This document shows positions 38,491-50,549 of a stretch of DNA of 64,000 nucleotides, piece after piece (position 1 is the stretch's first letter; every line of letters starts with the position of its first letter). Source of the stretch: Sminthopsis crassicaudata (Eukaryota); the NCBI RefSeq assembly GCF_048593235.1, contig NC_133621.1, forward strand, positions 227,871,238 through 227,935,237, written 5' to 3'. The notes under the pieces are model-generated. The model searched no databases. It was not told the origin of the DNA and was given only the letters and a program-made list of their open reading frames with translations. Made by a program: the position numbers and the translations under genes.

Positions 38491-41400
38491 GGAATTTGCA
38501 TTCTAAAGGAGAGACTTAAGGAAGGAAGTTTTAGTTTGGGTTACCTCATAACAAGGGAGTAGAATCTGGAGAGCAGGACATAGGTTTCCAGTGGCAAAGG
38601 GAGAATTGAGTTGATTAAGTTAACTATAGTCTCTAGCATTAGTAATCTACTAGTTTTTGCACAACAAAACAAGTGTCTACTTGTAATGAAAGGCAGAGGC
38701 ACCCTGAGGTAGCTAGCATTCTCTAATCAAGTGAGGAAGGGAGAATAGTCACACAAAGAAACACTTTATAGATATTTTTTTGAAACCAGACAATCCGAAT
38801 ATATCTTGATCTGAATAAATCAGGCATGGGCTTATTATATTTAAAACCATCTAGAAAAAAAAAAGAAACATTTTTTACAAATATATATGTATATATTGCA
38901 ATATGCCTATAACTTTAACTGCCTCCATAAACAGCTCTAATTGAGGCACATTTATAATTGAAGGATCTACAATTAAAGTAGTTGGCTTTTTTGAGAAAAA
39001 ATGTTTTTTGAAACTTTACTATTAAGTAATTTCCTTAATAATTTTTAAAATCCTCAATATAGGAGTCAACATATTTGTGTGAAAATTGAGGGCTGTGTTA
39101 ATTATGCTATCTAGAAGAGTGTGTGTATACCTTTCTTATCAGCTAGCCAGTTCAAAGGGTCAACTTATACAGGAAAAGATAGATCCCAGAATTCTAAAAT
39201 TAGCATGCTTAAAACAAAACCTCCTAACACAAAAACCAAACTTGGAACAAATAAATCAAATACTTTAAGAGGAAAGATCAATGAATGAAAACAACCTTTT
39301 CTACAAAAATGGCTTAGTTATGCATCATAGAACTTCATGTTCAGCAAGAATCATTTAAAGAAATTAATCTAAATCAAGCACTAGAATTTTAGATTCAAAT
39401 GAAAAAAATATCAGTTTCTATTAACAACCATGCCAGGTCAACCACTTATCTGCCTTTCTGAATAAGCTAGCATCCCTCTAGCGAAGAAAGTCAGAAATTA
39501 AATCCTGTTTAAACACTACTCTGTGGGCCTAGGATTATTCAATAAATGCAAAATATAGACCTCCATTTAAAAATATGAGTACAGAAAATTATACCGATGT
39601 GTAGTCTAACATAGTATGCTTAATTGGATAAAATAGTAATAGTAAGATAGCTTATTTTCACCTTCCTATTAAGTCTTATGAACTGGAGTCAGGATACTTA
39701 TGATCTTCTTCACTCCTTGCTCTTAAGTTACCTGACCTCTCTGTGACCAAGTTCTCCAACTGGAAATTGAGGACTTTTTTTTCCTTTTCCTTTTCAGGGT
39801 AATTGAGAGGATGGATGTGGTCAGCATCAAACTATATATCAAGTTCTTAACACAGGTGACGTCATGCTACATATCAAAGGTTTGAGATCTTCAGAAGTGA
39901 TTAAAGTGCAAAGTATTAATATTATGATTCCTTTTACTGAGGAATACAACATTATCTTATACTAAATCAAAAATAAACAAGTAAAGTCCTACCTACTCTG
40001 ACTTTGGGGGGGGGGGGGGAAGTCTCCACTCCCAAGCAGTTTATATTCTAATATGGGAGACAAAGACATAAGCATACGTAAATATGAAGAGAAACACCAA
40101 GTGGAAAAAAGAGAGGATATGGGGTAGTCAGTGAAAAAGGCAGGGTCAGGAGAGTGTCAGGAAAGCTAAGTAGAACACATGAAAGGAGTAAAACATAAGA
40201 CTGAAAAAATAGGAAGGGGCCAGATTATGAAAAGATTTTTGTAAAGCTAATCAGTTTGTTTATTTCTGACTCCAGTGGTCATTGGGATTGCACTGACAAA
40301 GCAAAGTGGAAGGTGGACAGAAATAAAGGGAGACTTGACAATAGGACCAATTAAGTGATGAAGGGAATGAATGAGTCAGATAAAAAGGTGAGGAATTCAA
40401 TGGCCCAAAGTTATGAACTATATGACAGAAGAAACAGAAATTTGGAAGGGATGCCTTTGGAAGGGAAAACTGCACAGGTTATGTTTGATAAATTTCAGAA
40501 TATTCTATTTAAAACGTACAGACATTATGTGTGCAGCAGAGCAGAAAAAAGAACCAGGGTAACCTCAGGCAAGAATAGTATTCTTATTTCTCCTCATTTT
40601 CCCCTTACTGTGGTGGGAGATAAAAGTTGAAAGGATAGTTAAATATGCAATTCTAATTTTTTAAGATAAATTTAGGCCAAAAAAACATCAAGATAGCTTT
40701 CAAACTAAAACCTTGAACACCAAATCAAAAAGGATATAGTACCTGGTTTTTTGGGGGGATGTTATTCTTGCTTAGGATATTTTAGAAAATGTTATTTGGC
40801 ATCTTTTATCTACTTATCTGTGCACAGGTTTTTCCCAAGAGAAGACTCTAAGCCAGAAATTGTTCTGGTTCTGTTTTTCTATCCCTAGCCAATTTGTGAA
40901 TGGCACACGTTAGCCCTTAAAGGGGTTTTAATAATGTAAAATATGCTACCAAAAAATAACTCCTCTGCAATCTTTTAAACCTGTGATTTATGCTAGATTT
41001 GCAACTGTTCCAGGTTTCAGAGAAACTCAGGTCTCAAACCACTATGTTGCAACCCTTAAAATAGAAAGAACCTCATGCACAGCAAATAACAGTAGCAGAT
41101 TTAAAAGAACACTAGATTAAATCCAGAATTTCTGGCTCACAGCTTATAACTTGTAAAATCACAGGAATTTAGTCTTGAGATCAAGATAAGTAAAATGACT
41201 TGTTCTGGGTCTTGAGATGGCTTTTGAATATATATCTCCTTGATTATTTACCAGTCTATATTCATGAAGTCAAGCAAGTTACTTAACCTCTCTAGGTCTC
41301 AGTTTCCTTATCTGTAAAACCAAAGGACTGCCTAGATGCCCAGCTGATAAACAAAATCTGATAAATCTATCACAAAGAAAAATTTTAAAGAAAGAATAGC

Positions 41401-43623
41401 CCAAATTTTGAAGAAGAGTCTTTCTGAGGTGTCAATCAAGAAAATAACAGTCCTGGTTACTTGGCTCGGGAGGAATCTAGATCTTCATAAAACAGTCTGC
41501 CCTAGCATACTTCCACAATTCTTGAAGGTCATTACTAGGTCACAATTTAAAACAGTATTGTTTCACTAAGTTTCTAAATGGCTACAACTGGTTGTGAAGT
41601 CATCCTTAAGCACTTCCACAAGGACCAGTTTAAAGTTTCCTTAAAAAACAAAAAACAAAAACACCAACAAAAAAGGCAGGTGGGCACCAAAATGCTGCAA
41701 ACTGTCCCTAGCTTTCTTAGTTCATCTGTCAGGGACTGGGGACCAGAATATAGCATTCTGCTTTGTGAAGCTTATTCATCTGGACTCAAGACAGATAAGA
41801 CAAAACAGAATATGAGAGAAATATATAGTCATTAAGTAATCTCAGTCAAAATGGACATTAGTTTCCTCATTTGCAAAATAAGGGTACAAGAGAATTTTGG
41901 AGATACAATATTGAAGATCATTGAGGATCATATGAATGGATGATGTGGAAGATTCCTTTGGGTGTAAAATGATAGTTTACAAAGCAATTAGATACACTCA
42001 ACAATTTCTGGGATTACTGGCATTTTTTTTGACCTTCAATTAGGTTAATTATAAGTAAAACTCAAACTAGTAATTTTACAATAAGAGCTAATAGAAATGA
42101 TGGGCTAGTGTAATGGCTTTAACAGGGAAAGCCCTTAATGGTTGTAATAATAACCTATGCCCTTTTCACTATCCATTTCAAAATCAACAATAGGCTTTAT
42201 TAATTATGGTTTGTTTCCAGTAGGGCAATTTATAGATAATGTAAAATTCAGTAACGTTTAAAACATGTGCAAGAAGAGCTATTAAGCCCTTGGTATCTAA
42301 TCACAAAGGAACAAATAATTCTTATATGTTATGAATACCACAAAAACAGCCAGAATCCCAATGTCTTATTCCTTAACAACTTTTTTGGAACTGAACAAAA
42401 AACGGACTCTAGATAAATGGAACCACAATAGAAAGGCTTAACTTTTTTTGATCAGGCGAAACCTGATTTTTTTTGACTCAGGTGAAACCTACAGATTCCT
42501 ATCTCAATATGTTGTCAGATGAATACGCAGTATTACAGAGCTGGGGGTTAAAAATTCCTAATCTAGAGGATTAAGCACACCAAGAGATGTGACAGAAAAC
42601 TCCAGCAAGCAGACTGCTGGGAAATGGTGCAAAGCCACATGCCGATCAGAGGCGCAGTAGTTGCTGGGCCAGGGTGGACCTATCCACAGATAAAGAGGCG
42701 ACCAAACCAATGAATACTGTCACACCACTTTCAATTGCACACAGCGCTTTTAACTCTTCCAGAACCCAGAAGGACAAGAGCAATGAAGGCTTATGGGTGC
42801 AGGAAGGGAGCGTGGAGGAAAGCCGAACCCCACCCCGCCGCTTAGCTTCCTCTTCCTAGCCTCTGCCCGCGTGCTGGCCCCACACGTGGGCGCTGCACTC
42901 TAGGGCTTCAGACCAACTCCGAGTCACCCCTCCAGCTTTCGCCTCCCCCCAGCACATGCGCGGTCGGTCATGGTAGAGACAGGGACAGTCGGTGAAAAGA
43001 GACAGAAAGGGGGGGAAGAAGGGAAAGAGGAGGGGAACCCAGACCGCGTAGAGCTCCCCATCTGGGCACCGGCGCGCGTGCGCGAACGTCGCCGCCTCCA
43101 CTCCTCCGCTTCCCGCGCACGCGCGCCGCTCCCTCTTCCCCCCCTCACCCCCTGCAACCGGCTCTCGAGCTAGCATTCTAACCGCTCCCCGCGATGTCCC
43201 CACCATCTCAACGGCCTCGCGCCCCGCAGACCTAGTATGGAGCACGCCCAGCGGCGCGCCCACCGACTCCTCCTTCCCCGCACGCGCACGGTGTCTGGCG
43301 CTTATGGGGGCAGGAGGGGTGGTTCTCGCGCCTCCCGCGAATTCTTTCCGCCCTCTCCCCACTCCAGTTCGCGCCGCAGCCCGTCCCCGCCCCCACTCCA
43401 GCCTCGAGCTGACGGGGTAAAAAGGGTGTGAGGGGTAAGGAAGGACACCTTTCCCCCCATCCCCGATAGGAGGCCCTGAAAGGGCTGAGCCGCCTGCCAG
43501 GCGCAGCCTCAAACCTCAGAGGTCGGCGGCAGCGCCGGCTCCCCAGCCCAAGGGAACCAGCGGGTTGGGCCCAAAGCGGGGTTTTGGGGCCCGGTCGTCC
43601 GCGGTACTCCGGCGCTCACTCAC

Positions 43624-43636
43624 CTGAAGCCGCCAT
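43624..43636 (-). CDS. EIF4B: EIF4B exon 1 coding part (MAAS-)
   Basis: Minus strand reads cccaacATGGCGGCTTCAG|gtgagt, inside the CpG island. Confidence 0.96.
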
Positions 43637-43692
43637 GTTGGGAGAGGGAGAGAGAACGCAAAGGACCCGGATGAGGCAGTCACGTGATTATA
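43630..43692 (-). promoter_or_regulatory. EIF4B core promoter: TATA-like, E-box, TCT/TOP-like start and YY1 site over the ATG
   Basis: Minus strand reads TATAAT (43692-43687), CACGTG (43686-43681), CCTTTGCGTTCTCTCTCCCTCTCCC (from 43664), then AACATGGCGG (YY1 consensus). The TSS is inferred from spacing only. Confidence 0.65.
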
Positions 43693-46600
43693 GCGAGCGC
43701 GTCGGGCAGGGAGACGCGAAGCTGGGCGGGGGGGCCTGGTGAGGGGGAGGGGAGACAGGGGGACCAGGCAGTGCTGAGCTGGGCGCATCTACGTAGCGCG
43801 AGGGCGGCTGGGTTGCGTCAGGCAAAGGGACGGAGCACAACGTGTGGGACAGAGGGCGTGACTTGCCTGGCGCGTAGGGATGGCGTGACGCGGAGCGTAT
43901 GGGGCGGGGCCTATCATGGGGGTGGGGCCAGTTGATTCTTGGGTTCTCCCGCCCAAAGGAAAGGTGGAAAAGGGGCAGACGGGAGAGCTTTGCAGCAGTC
44001 TCCATTGACTCCCAAACCAGGGAATGTGAAAATAACGAATGGAACCATAGGAGAACTAGGAAGAGACATCAGAGGTTATGTAGTCCAAACTCTCGATTTG
44101 TTAAAATGAGGAAACTGAGTAAAACGACATACCCAAGATTACCATTATTTATTAGTAAATAATAAAAACAAGATAAATCCCATTTCTGTTGACTGCAGTC
44201 AGTGCGATTTCTGCTACATTGGCCTCATTGATTTATAAAAGTAGTCCAAACACTTTTTTCATTATATTGAATTTTGAAAACAATTTAAATTATGTGTTGG
44301 ATTTGTTTTCTAGCAAATTAAATATTTTAAAGCTTAAAAATTTTAAATGCCCCAACTACGTTGGCCCGTTTGTTTTTCCCACAAACCAATCCATGCCTTT
44401 CACTTCCTGGAAGGCTCTTCCTGTTCCCTGGTCTTCCTCCAAGGCCACCTGCTTTAGAAGCCTTTGCAGCCCTCCTCCAGCTCTGGCTCCCTCTCAGATG
44501 ACTTCCAGTTCCTCCTGTCTGTATCTTGTTTGCATGTTGTCTCTCCTTTAGAACTGTGAGTAGGAATTTTTTTTTGCCGTTTTGTTTTCAGTGGAGAAAG
44601 GTTACAAAAAACGGACTTGCCCTGGTGGCCTAATAAGAAGTGGACCTTGAAGCCAGAGTGGTTTTATAGCCGCTGGGCAAGATAGATGCCACTGAGGTTG
44701 TGTGCTATTTTCAGAGGAAATAGGGACAAAGCAGTCTGGGACATTTCCCAGGGTAAGAGTGGAAGTCGGTTGATGTTGATGCACAGTTCAGGACTCTGTC
44801 ATCTAATGCGGCCTCTCTAAAATGTGCTACCAAAAGCTGAAGCCCATTGCCTAATACAGAACTGATGGATTAGGCTGGCTTTGATCACTGTTGTTTTGAG
44901 TTCTGACTCAGTGACCCTGGCTAAGCCACTGGCTTTCCCTCCTCTGACTGACTCCTGCTGACCTCCTGACTTCTTTTATGTTCCCACTAAAATCCCACCT
45001 TCTAGAGGAAATGGTTCCCAATTCCTTTATTCTAGTGCTTTCCTTTTGGATGTTCTCTCCCCTACTAGATTGTAAGTTCCTTGAGGACAAGGACTTTTTC
45101 TTATTTGTATTCCCCAGCGCTTAGAACAATGGCTGGCCCTTTTGTAGTACTGTTGTTGTATAGTGATCCTCACTCCAGGCCTGGCGCTCTGCCCTGCTTG
45201 GCACAAAATCAACAACTAATAAATTTGATTGATCTATTAACTTAACCTCTCTCATCTATAGTTTCTTTATCTGTAAAATGAGAATAGCTCTTGCTCCACA
45301 AGGATATTGTAAAGAACAAAGAAGACAACATTTAAAATGTTTGACAAACAATAAAATGCATTAAAAATGTTAGGTATTATCATTGTAGTAAGTGGACGGA
45401 CAACTTTTGCTCATGGCCCCTATCAATATATAGGATTGTGATTATTCACCTAAAGCATCATCATTCCTATCTAGTTTCATAGCAATCTCTTAAACAGTAT
45501 ACAAATTGACTTATATAATAACTGTGATATGGCAATATCACATTACAGGGTACATTTCCTGTAGCAAAAAGAAAGTCTCCATTGTCTGAGGCCCACTTGT
45601 AAAAGGTATCTGGAGATTACATTGAAAGGTATTCCAGTTGCTACGTGAAATTGGATGTAAGATTCTCCTTTCTGTACACTGACATGGTTCTGTTACAGTG
45701 ACCAGGTCACAGTCTTTCCAAGGAGGCCAGTGTTGCTGAATGGTTTGTTATTTACTGTTTGATGAATCAATTGTACATTTTTAAGCCTTGAACTGAAGGG
45801 ATCTGATAAGTATGCAGAAATACTGGAGGAAAAATTGCCAACTTGAGCACACAGAGCATTGTCTCCAAAGAAACAGGAATCTGTGTTTGTGTGACAACAG
45901 AAGAAATGAGGTTTGCAGAAGACTTGGTTCTCAGAAAATGTTCACACAGCAGAATGCTCGCAATTAAGGATAGAACTGATATCTGTGATATTAATTCAGA
46001 TACCTTTTTCATAGGATAAGGATACTAGTATACAGACACAAAGTCTTTAAATCTACCCAAGATGAAGAAAAATAAATCTTCAAGTGGGAGGAAAATGAGC
46101 TACAAGAGAGGACCATCTATGAATAATGTTTATTTAGGTCTCTGAAACCCAAGGCTGCAGTTCTCTAGAAATGAGAGTCAATGTTGACATTGCAGAAAAC
46201 TTCCTTCTCTCAACCACTTTGTAGCAGCTTCTCTGAGCATAGCCAGAAGAAACAAATTATCCTAAAACATAAGATAGAACTCTGAGGTGGAGTATAGTTT
46301 TTAGTTGTGGTCTTGAAAAGTGGCCCAGGTTATTGACAATTTGTAAACAAGACTGAGACAAAATAAATGTCAGGGTCATAACCCATAATACCACAGATGT
46401 GAAGGCAAGCTCTATGGTTTCGAATAAAGTGCAGAGAATTTGGTGTCTGTTTTTACCAGTATTATTGAAATTTGTGTGGGATGGAGGGTGTTTCTGGGTG
46501 TGGAAAGGATCCCTAGCTAAATTTTGTGTCTTGCCTATAGGATTAAGCAGCAGTACAATAATGATCACTCCCTTTTATATGGTGCTTTATACTTTATAAA

Positions 46601-46849
46601 GACTAGAACCCTGTAGAGGTAGGCAATATAAATATTCTTGTCACCTTTTAGGGGTAAGGAAAACTCAATGAATGACTTGGTTCAGACCCTAGTTTGGGCA
46701 TTCATTAGCTGTATGACCTTGCAATGGAATCACTTAACTTCTGTGAGCCTCAGTTTCCTCAGATGTTTAAAAAAAAGGGAAGGGCATTTGGATGGAGTGT
46801 TAGACCAGCGACAAGAGTATCTTAGTTTAAATCCAGCCTTAGATACTTA

Positions 46850-47016
46850 TTAGTTGTATGACACTGGGCAAGTCACTTAATCCTGTTTGCCTCAGTTTTT
46901 GCCTCTATAAAATGAGCTGGAAAAGGAAATGGCAAACCATTCCTATATCCTTGTCAAGAAAAGCCCAAATGGGGCCGCAAAAAGTCAGACACAATCGAAC
47001 TATTAAACAGCAACAG
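46850..47016 (+). mobile_element. MAR1-type SINE with RTE-like 3' tail
   Basis: CORE followed by aggaaatggcaaaccattcc...aagaaaagcccaaatgggg...agtcagacac. Confidence 0.7.
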
Positions 47017-47861
47017 CGTCCATGTCATATGGTTGTTGTGAGGAAAGAACTTTGTAAATCATAAAGCATTACCTAAATATGCGTTAATCAGTCCATGGCT
47101 TTCAAGTAGAATAGCAGAAATTTCTGACTCCAATTCCAGGCCTCGTTCTGTATGTCTCAATAATAGAGGTAATGAGTAGTGTTTAAAAAGTGAGGCTAGT
47201 CCTCTCTCCACTTTGTTTTCTTGTCATTATTCAGCACTCAAGTCAAATGACATGGGCACCCAGCCATTTCCTTCCATAATAAATGCTATAATAAGTTTCA
47301 TTGCCAAGAGTAAGCAATTCAAGAAATGTATGTGGATTGATGATGTTATAAAGAGAGCTAGAGCAGTGGACTAGGAAATATTTCTTAAGCACCTGGATTC
47401 ATCAGAGTCTATTGAAATTATAACACAGTTTTCAAACAAGTCATTTTTCCTTGCAGGTGAAAAGCCAATCTTTTCTTCCTTTGTTGTAATTCATCCTAAT
47501 TTGAGAAATCATTTCATGGCATTTGGAAAATGTAGGAAAACTTCCTTCCTCTCTCTTTCTTTCTCTCCCCCCTCCTTTTCTCCCTTTTCTCTCTCCTCCT
47601 TTTTTCCCTCCCTCCTTTCTTTCTTCCTTCCTCCTTTTTTCAGTTTTTGAGCAACAAAGTGAAAATAATTGTCTAATGTGTATCTGAGGTTTCTTGTGTT
47701 AGTGTGCTTGAAATCATTTTTAAAAATTATAATAAATATAATTTTTTATGGAAGCAGCAGATCATTGGCCCTGGAGTCAGGAGGACTTGAGTTCAAAAAT
47801 GACTTCAGATACTTAATACTTAATAACTTTGGGACCCTGAGAGAGTCACTTAACCCCAATT

Positions 47862-47863
<2 letters not shown>

Positions 47864-47893
<30 letters not shown>
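47864..47893. repeat. (CA)15 microsatellite
   Basis: Read directly; follows a SINE remnant. Confidence 0.97.
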
Positions 47894-47896
<3 letters not shown>

Positions 47897-47927
47897 TATT
47901 TCTAGATTGCATATATTTAATCTATAG

Positions 47928-48396
47928 TGTAAGAAACAAAATATCTTGTAAAGAATTTCACTGACTCATAGATGAATGCAGGAAAATTTTATTTACATTC
48001 TTGCAAGAATGGATACCTAGCTGACTAGATACATCTTTGAAACTCCAAAAGCAGCATTTTACTTCCTATCCTGAAACACAAGTCCCTCCCCTGATTTCAT
48101 TAATTGAATATTTCAGAAATTGTATAACATGAATCTTCACCCCATGTTACATAGCCAATCCCTGCCTCCAAAGGAGCTTCCATTCTAGAAGGGGGAAGGG
48201 TAACAGAGGAGGGCTAAGGGCAGAAAACAAAATATTCTTTTCCAATCTCAAGGCACCACTCTTCATTACAAAATTAAGTCCCTGCCCCTATGAAATGTAC
48301 ATTCTTTTGATTATTTCTTGATATTCTTCTAATTTAATTTTCTTTTCTCCAATTTAATTTTAACTCTGGAAAACAAATATCCATCCATTGCTCACA
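47928..48396 (-). mobile_element. 3' LTR of the outer LTR retroelement
   Basis: Direct-repeat homology to 57177-58200. Minus strand begins TGTGAG after a purine run (AAAAAGGAAAT, PPT-like) and ends TTCTTACA. AATAAA at 47988-47993. Confidence 0.65.
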
Positions 48397-48712
48397 ATTT
48401 CCTTTTTTTTTCTTTTTAATAATTTGATTTCCACATCATTTTCAAATCCCACAGATTAAGCTAATTTTTGCATCTTACTTCATAATAAGTCTATTAACCC
48501 CTGTACAGATCTCCTTACACAGGATGGATAATTCTTGAATTCTCTGCTAACTCTTCTGACAGGGTTGTACTAGAGTTGAGGTTGGGAAGGGACCCCAAAA
48601 GGTTGAGAGTCACTGACTGGGGTCCTGAAGTGTCTCAAAAGAATTTTCAGACCCATATCCAAATCAAGGGGCAAAGTTTATTGTAATTGTATTGTCAATT
48701 GAAGTGGGCTAA

Positions 48713-48890
48713 TTTTCTTTCTTTCTTTCTTTTTTTGTTTGTTTTTGTTTTTTGCTGAAGCAGTTGGGGTTAAGTGACTTGCCCAGGGTCACACAGCTAC
48801 AAAGTGTTAAATATCTGAGATGGGATTTGAACTCAGGTCCTTCTGACTAGAAGGCTGGTACTCTATCCATTGTGTTACCTAGCTGTCCTA
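48713..48890 (-). mobile_element. WSINE1-like SINE in the inner 3' LTR
   Basis: TSD aagtgg(g/a)ctaa at 48702-48712 and 48891-48901. Confidence 0.88.
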
Positions 48891-49070
48891 AAGTGGACTA
48901 ACTTTCAAAAGAATTTAACAAAGAACCTGAAGCAAGGAGACAAATTAATGCAATTAATGTCATTGATGTGCTAATTTTATGGCCTAAAGGTAGAACTGAG
49001 GAGTGGTCTCAAGAATTTGGTTATTTCTAACCAGCACATCTAGGACTTTAGAATCATTGACAGATAGTTA

Positions 49071-49667
49071 TGATGTGAATTGCGTCCCTTTTAACCTTTG
49101 GGGGGATGTCTTGAAACTGTGTCCCCTTTAATCTATGAGAGAAGGATGACTCTAGGGTCTCAAGCCCTTCCCTGGGAGGGACACACTCTGTGTCCATAAG
49201 GGAAACTCCCAAGATAAGTAATCTCTTTTCAATTGGAAATCAAGGCCTGGGGCATAGACAAGATAGAGTGGCTCAAACTCTCAATTAAGTGATCTCCTTC
49301 AACTGGAAATCTCTTAGTCAATAGTACTCTGTTGAGTGCACAAAGTACTCCCCAGATCCCAGACCAAAGTGTATCCCATAAAACCAAGGGTTGGTTAAAC
49401 CTATCTTCCCAGACATCCTAACAGGACCTTGCCCACTGTTGAAGATAACTTTCTTCTCAGTATAATCCACCTTTACTATATTTCTTACTGCTAAGAAGTC
49501 TGTCTTCCTAGCAAGCTGGCTTCTTAATGTTAATAAATCCATCCTTTGCCACAAATCTCGTGCCTGTATTCATTGGGGTTTGCAAATTCTTGCCATGGCC
49601 AAGGGGATCTCATTTCTGTTAGGGGATCTCTTTCCTCTATTCTCACATCTCATCATTCGTACCTCAT
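49071..49667 (+). mobile_element. Nested solo LTR-like insertion (~600 bp)
   Basis: Absent from the partner LTR; starts TGATGTG; contains AATAAA near 49533; flanked by TAGTTA at 49065-49070 and 49668-49673. The 3' end is not a clean CA. Confidence 0.7.
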
Positions 49668-50059
49668 TAGTTAGAACTATAGCATTTTAAGGTCTGAGGG
49701 CCTCAGGATCATTATGTATCTTCCCTAAAATCTAAGAGAAGAAATATTATATTTCTAGACCTGAGGACTTTTGCAATCATTGATGGACAGATTGCCAGAA
49801 TAATTGCACTCCAAGGTTGGAAAGGGGGGAGAACCTCCCTAGTGCTGTCTCTCCTGGAGACATTCATTTCCTCTCTCAAGCAGTTTGAACTCCCAAATTA
49901 ATTTGGGACAAAGGGACCTGATCACATCTTCTGAAGCTGCTTCATGCTAAGAAGGGGTATAGAGCTGTCCCTGCCTTGTAGGGGCCAAACTAAGTCAGGG
50001 AGGGATATAACTTGAAGATGGTGGCAGGAGCATTCAAGGGGTGCTGAGTGTCAAAATCA

Positions 50060-50425
50060 GTTAGCTGATGGTATTCAGGATGAACAAATAGTTAGAAGTT
50101 CATAGCTTGGAGTCTGGAGGAAACAAATCTCACAAGTAGGTTAAAAATACAGGGGCCAAATATGAGCAAAACAAAAAGAATAATTAAAAGTGGAGTTAGT
50201 ATGGAGGTTACTAGAGACAGTAACCAGCAATCCCACTGATGATGATGATAAAGACTCATCATCCAGACAACTTTTCCTAGGGTAAATACCAAAGAACATT
50301 TCCCCAAATCCCTGCTTTTGTTTCCTCAAAGGAGTAGGGATAATGGGTAGAATAGTGGCATTGTACATAGTGAAACAAGTGTTCAGGTGGCCTAGGGTAC
50401 AAGCACCATAATGTTTAAAGAACAT
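50060..50425 (-). pseudogene. Degenerate ERV env remnant (SU/TM junction and TM anchor)
   Basis: LLIILFVLLIFGPCIFNLLVRFVSSRLQA is a typical gamma-type TM tail. Another frame gives GACTLG...RKQKQGFGEMFFG, resembling the end of SU and a decayed furin site. Confidence 0.8.
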
Positions 50426-50549
50426 TAAGCATTGAGTAGAGGGGATGACATGCAGAGTAGAGTTAATAATCTTTAGCAGAAACTTCCAAGCCTTTTCAGA
50501 CTTACAAGGCTTTTACCTAATTAGTAAAGGTAACAATAGAAACCAAAAG

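Larger units (their letters stand above)
6765..43664 (-). other. EIF4B: EIF4B gene span (15 exons, 608-aa product; transcript ends approximate)
   Basis: Exon lengths 13+141+209+117+55+141+114+174+229+92+220+62+106+73+81 = 1827 nt with all phases compatible. The translation matches eIF4B as I recall it (RRM, DRYG region, basic C-terminal region). Confidence 0.98.
42830..43960. promoter_or_regulatory. CpG island covering the EIF4B promoter, exon 1 and the start of intron 1
   Basis: Dense CpG and high GC in an otherwise CpG-depleted window. GC box at 43901-43910; NRF1-like GCGCGTGCGC/GCGCACGCGC motifs near 43075-43125. Confidence 0.92.
48574..49910 (-). mobile_element. 3' LTR of the inner provirus (contains a SINE and a nested LTR)
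   Basis: Collinear with 54949-55644 after removing 48713-48890 and 49071-49667. AATAAA at 48677-48682. The high-coordinate boundary is approximate. Confidence 0.75.

Noticed and set aside
42443-42490. Hairpin atcagg-cgaaa-cctgat followed by a T-run, resembling a bacterial intrinsic terminator, within a 24-bp tandem duplication
   Set aside because: Eukaryotic intron; a 6-bp stem next to T-runs is expected by chance or slippage.
42856-43512. 218-aa minus-strand ORF and other ORFs at 42.9-44.2 kb
   Set aside because: They lie in the GC-rich CpG island where stops are rare; Arg/Gly/Ala/Pro-rich low-complexity translations with no recognisable domain.
50092-50307. Possible domesticated env (syncytin-like) gene
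   Set aside because: Fragmented across frames, lacks the TM ectodomain and furin site, and has no long ORF.
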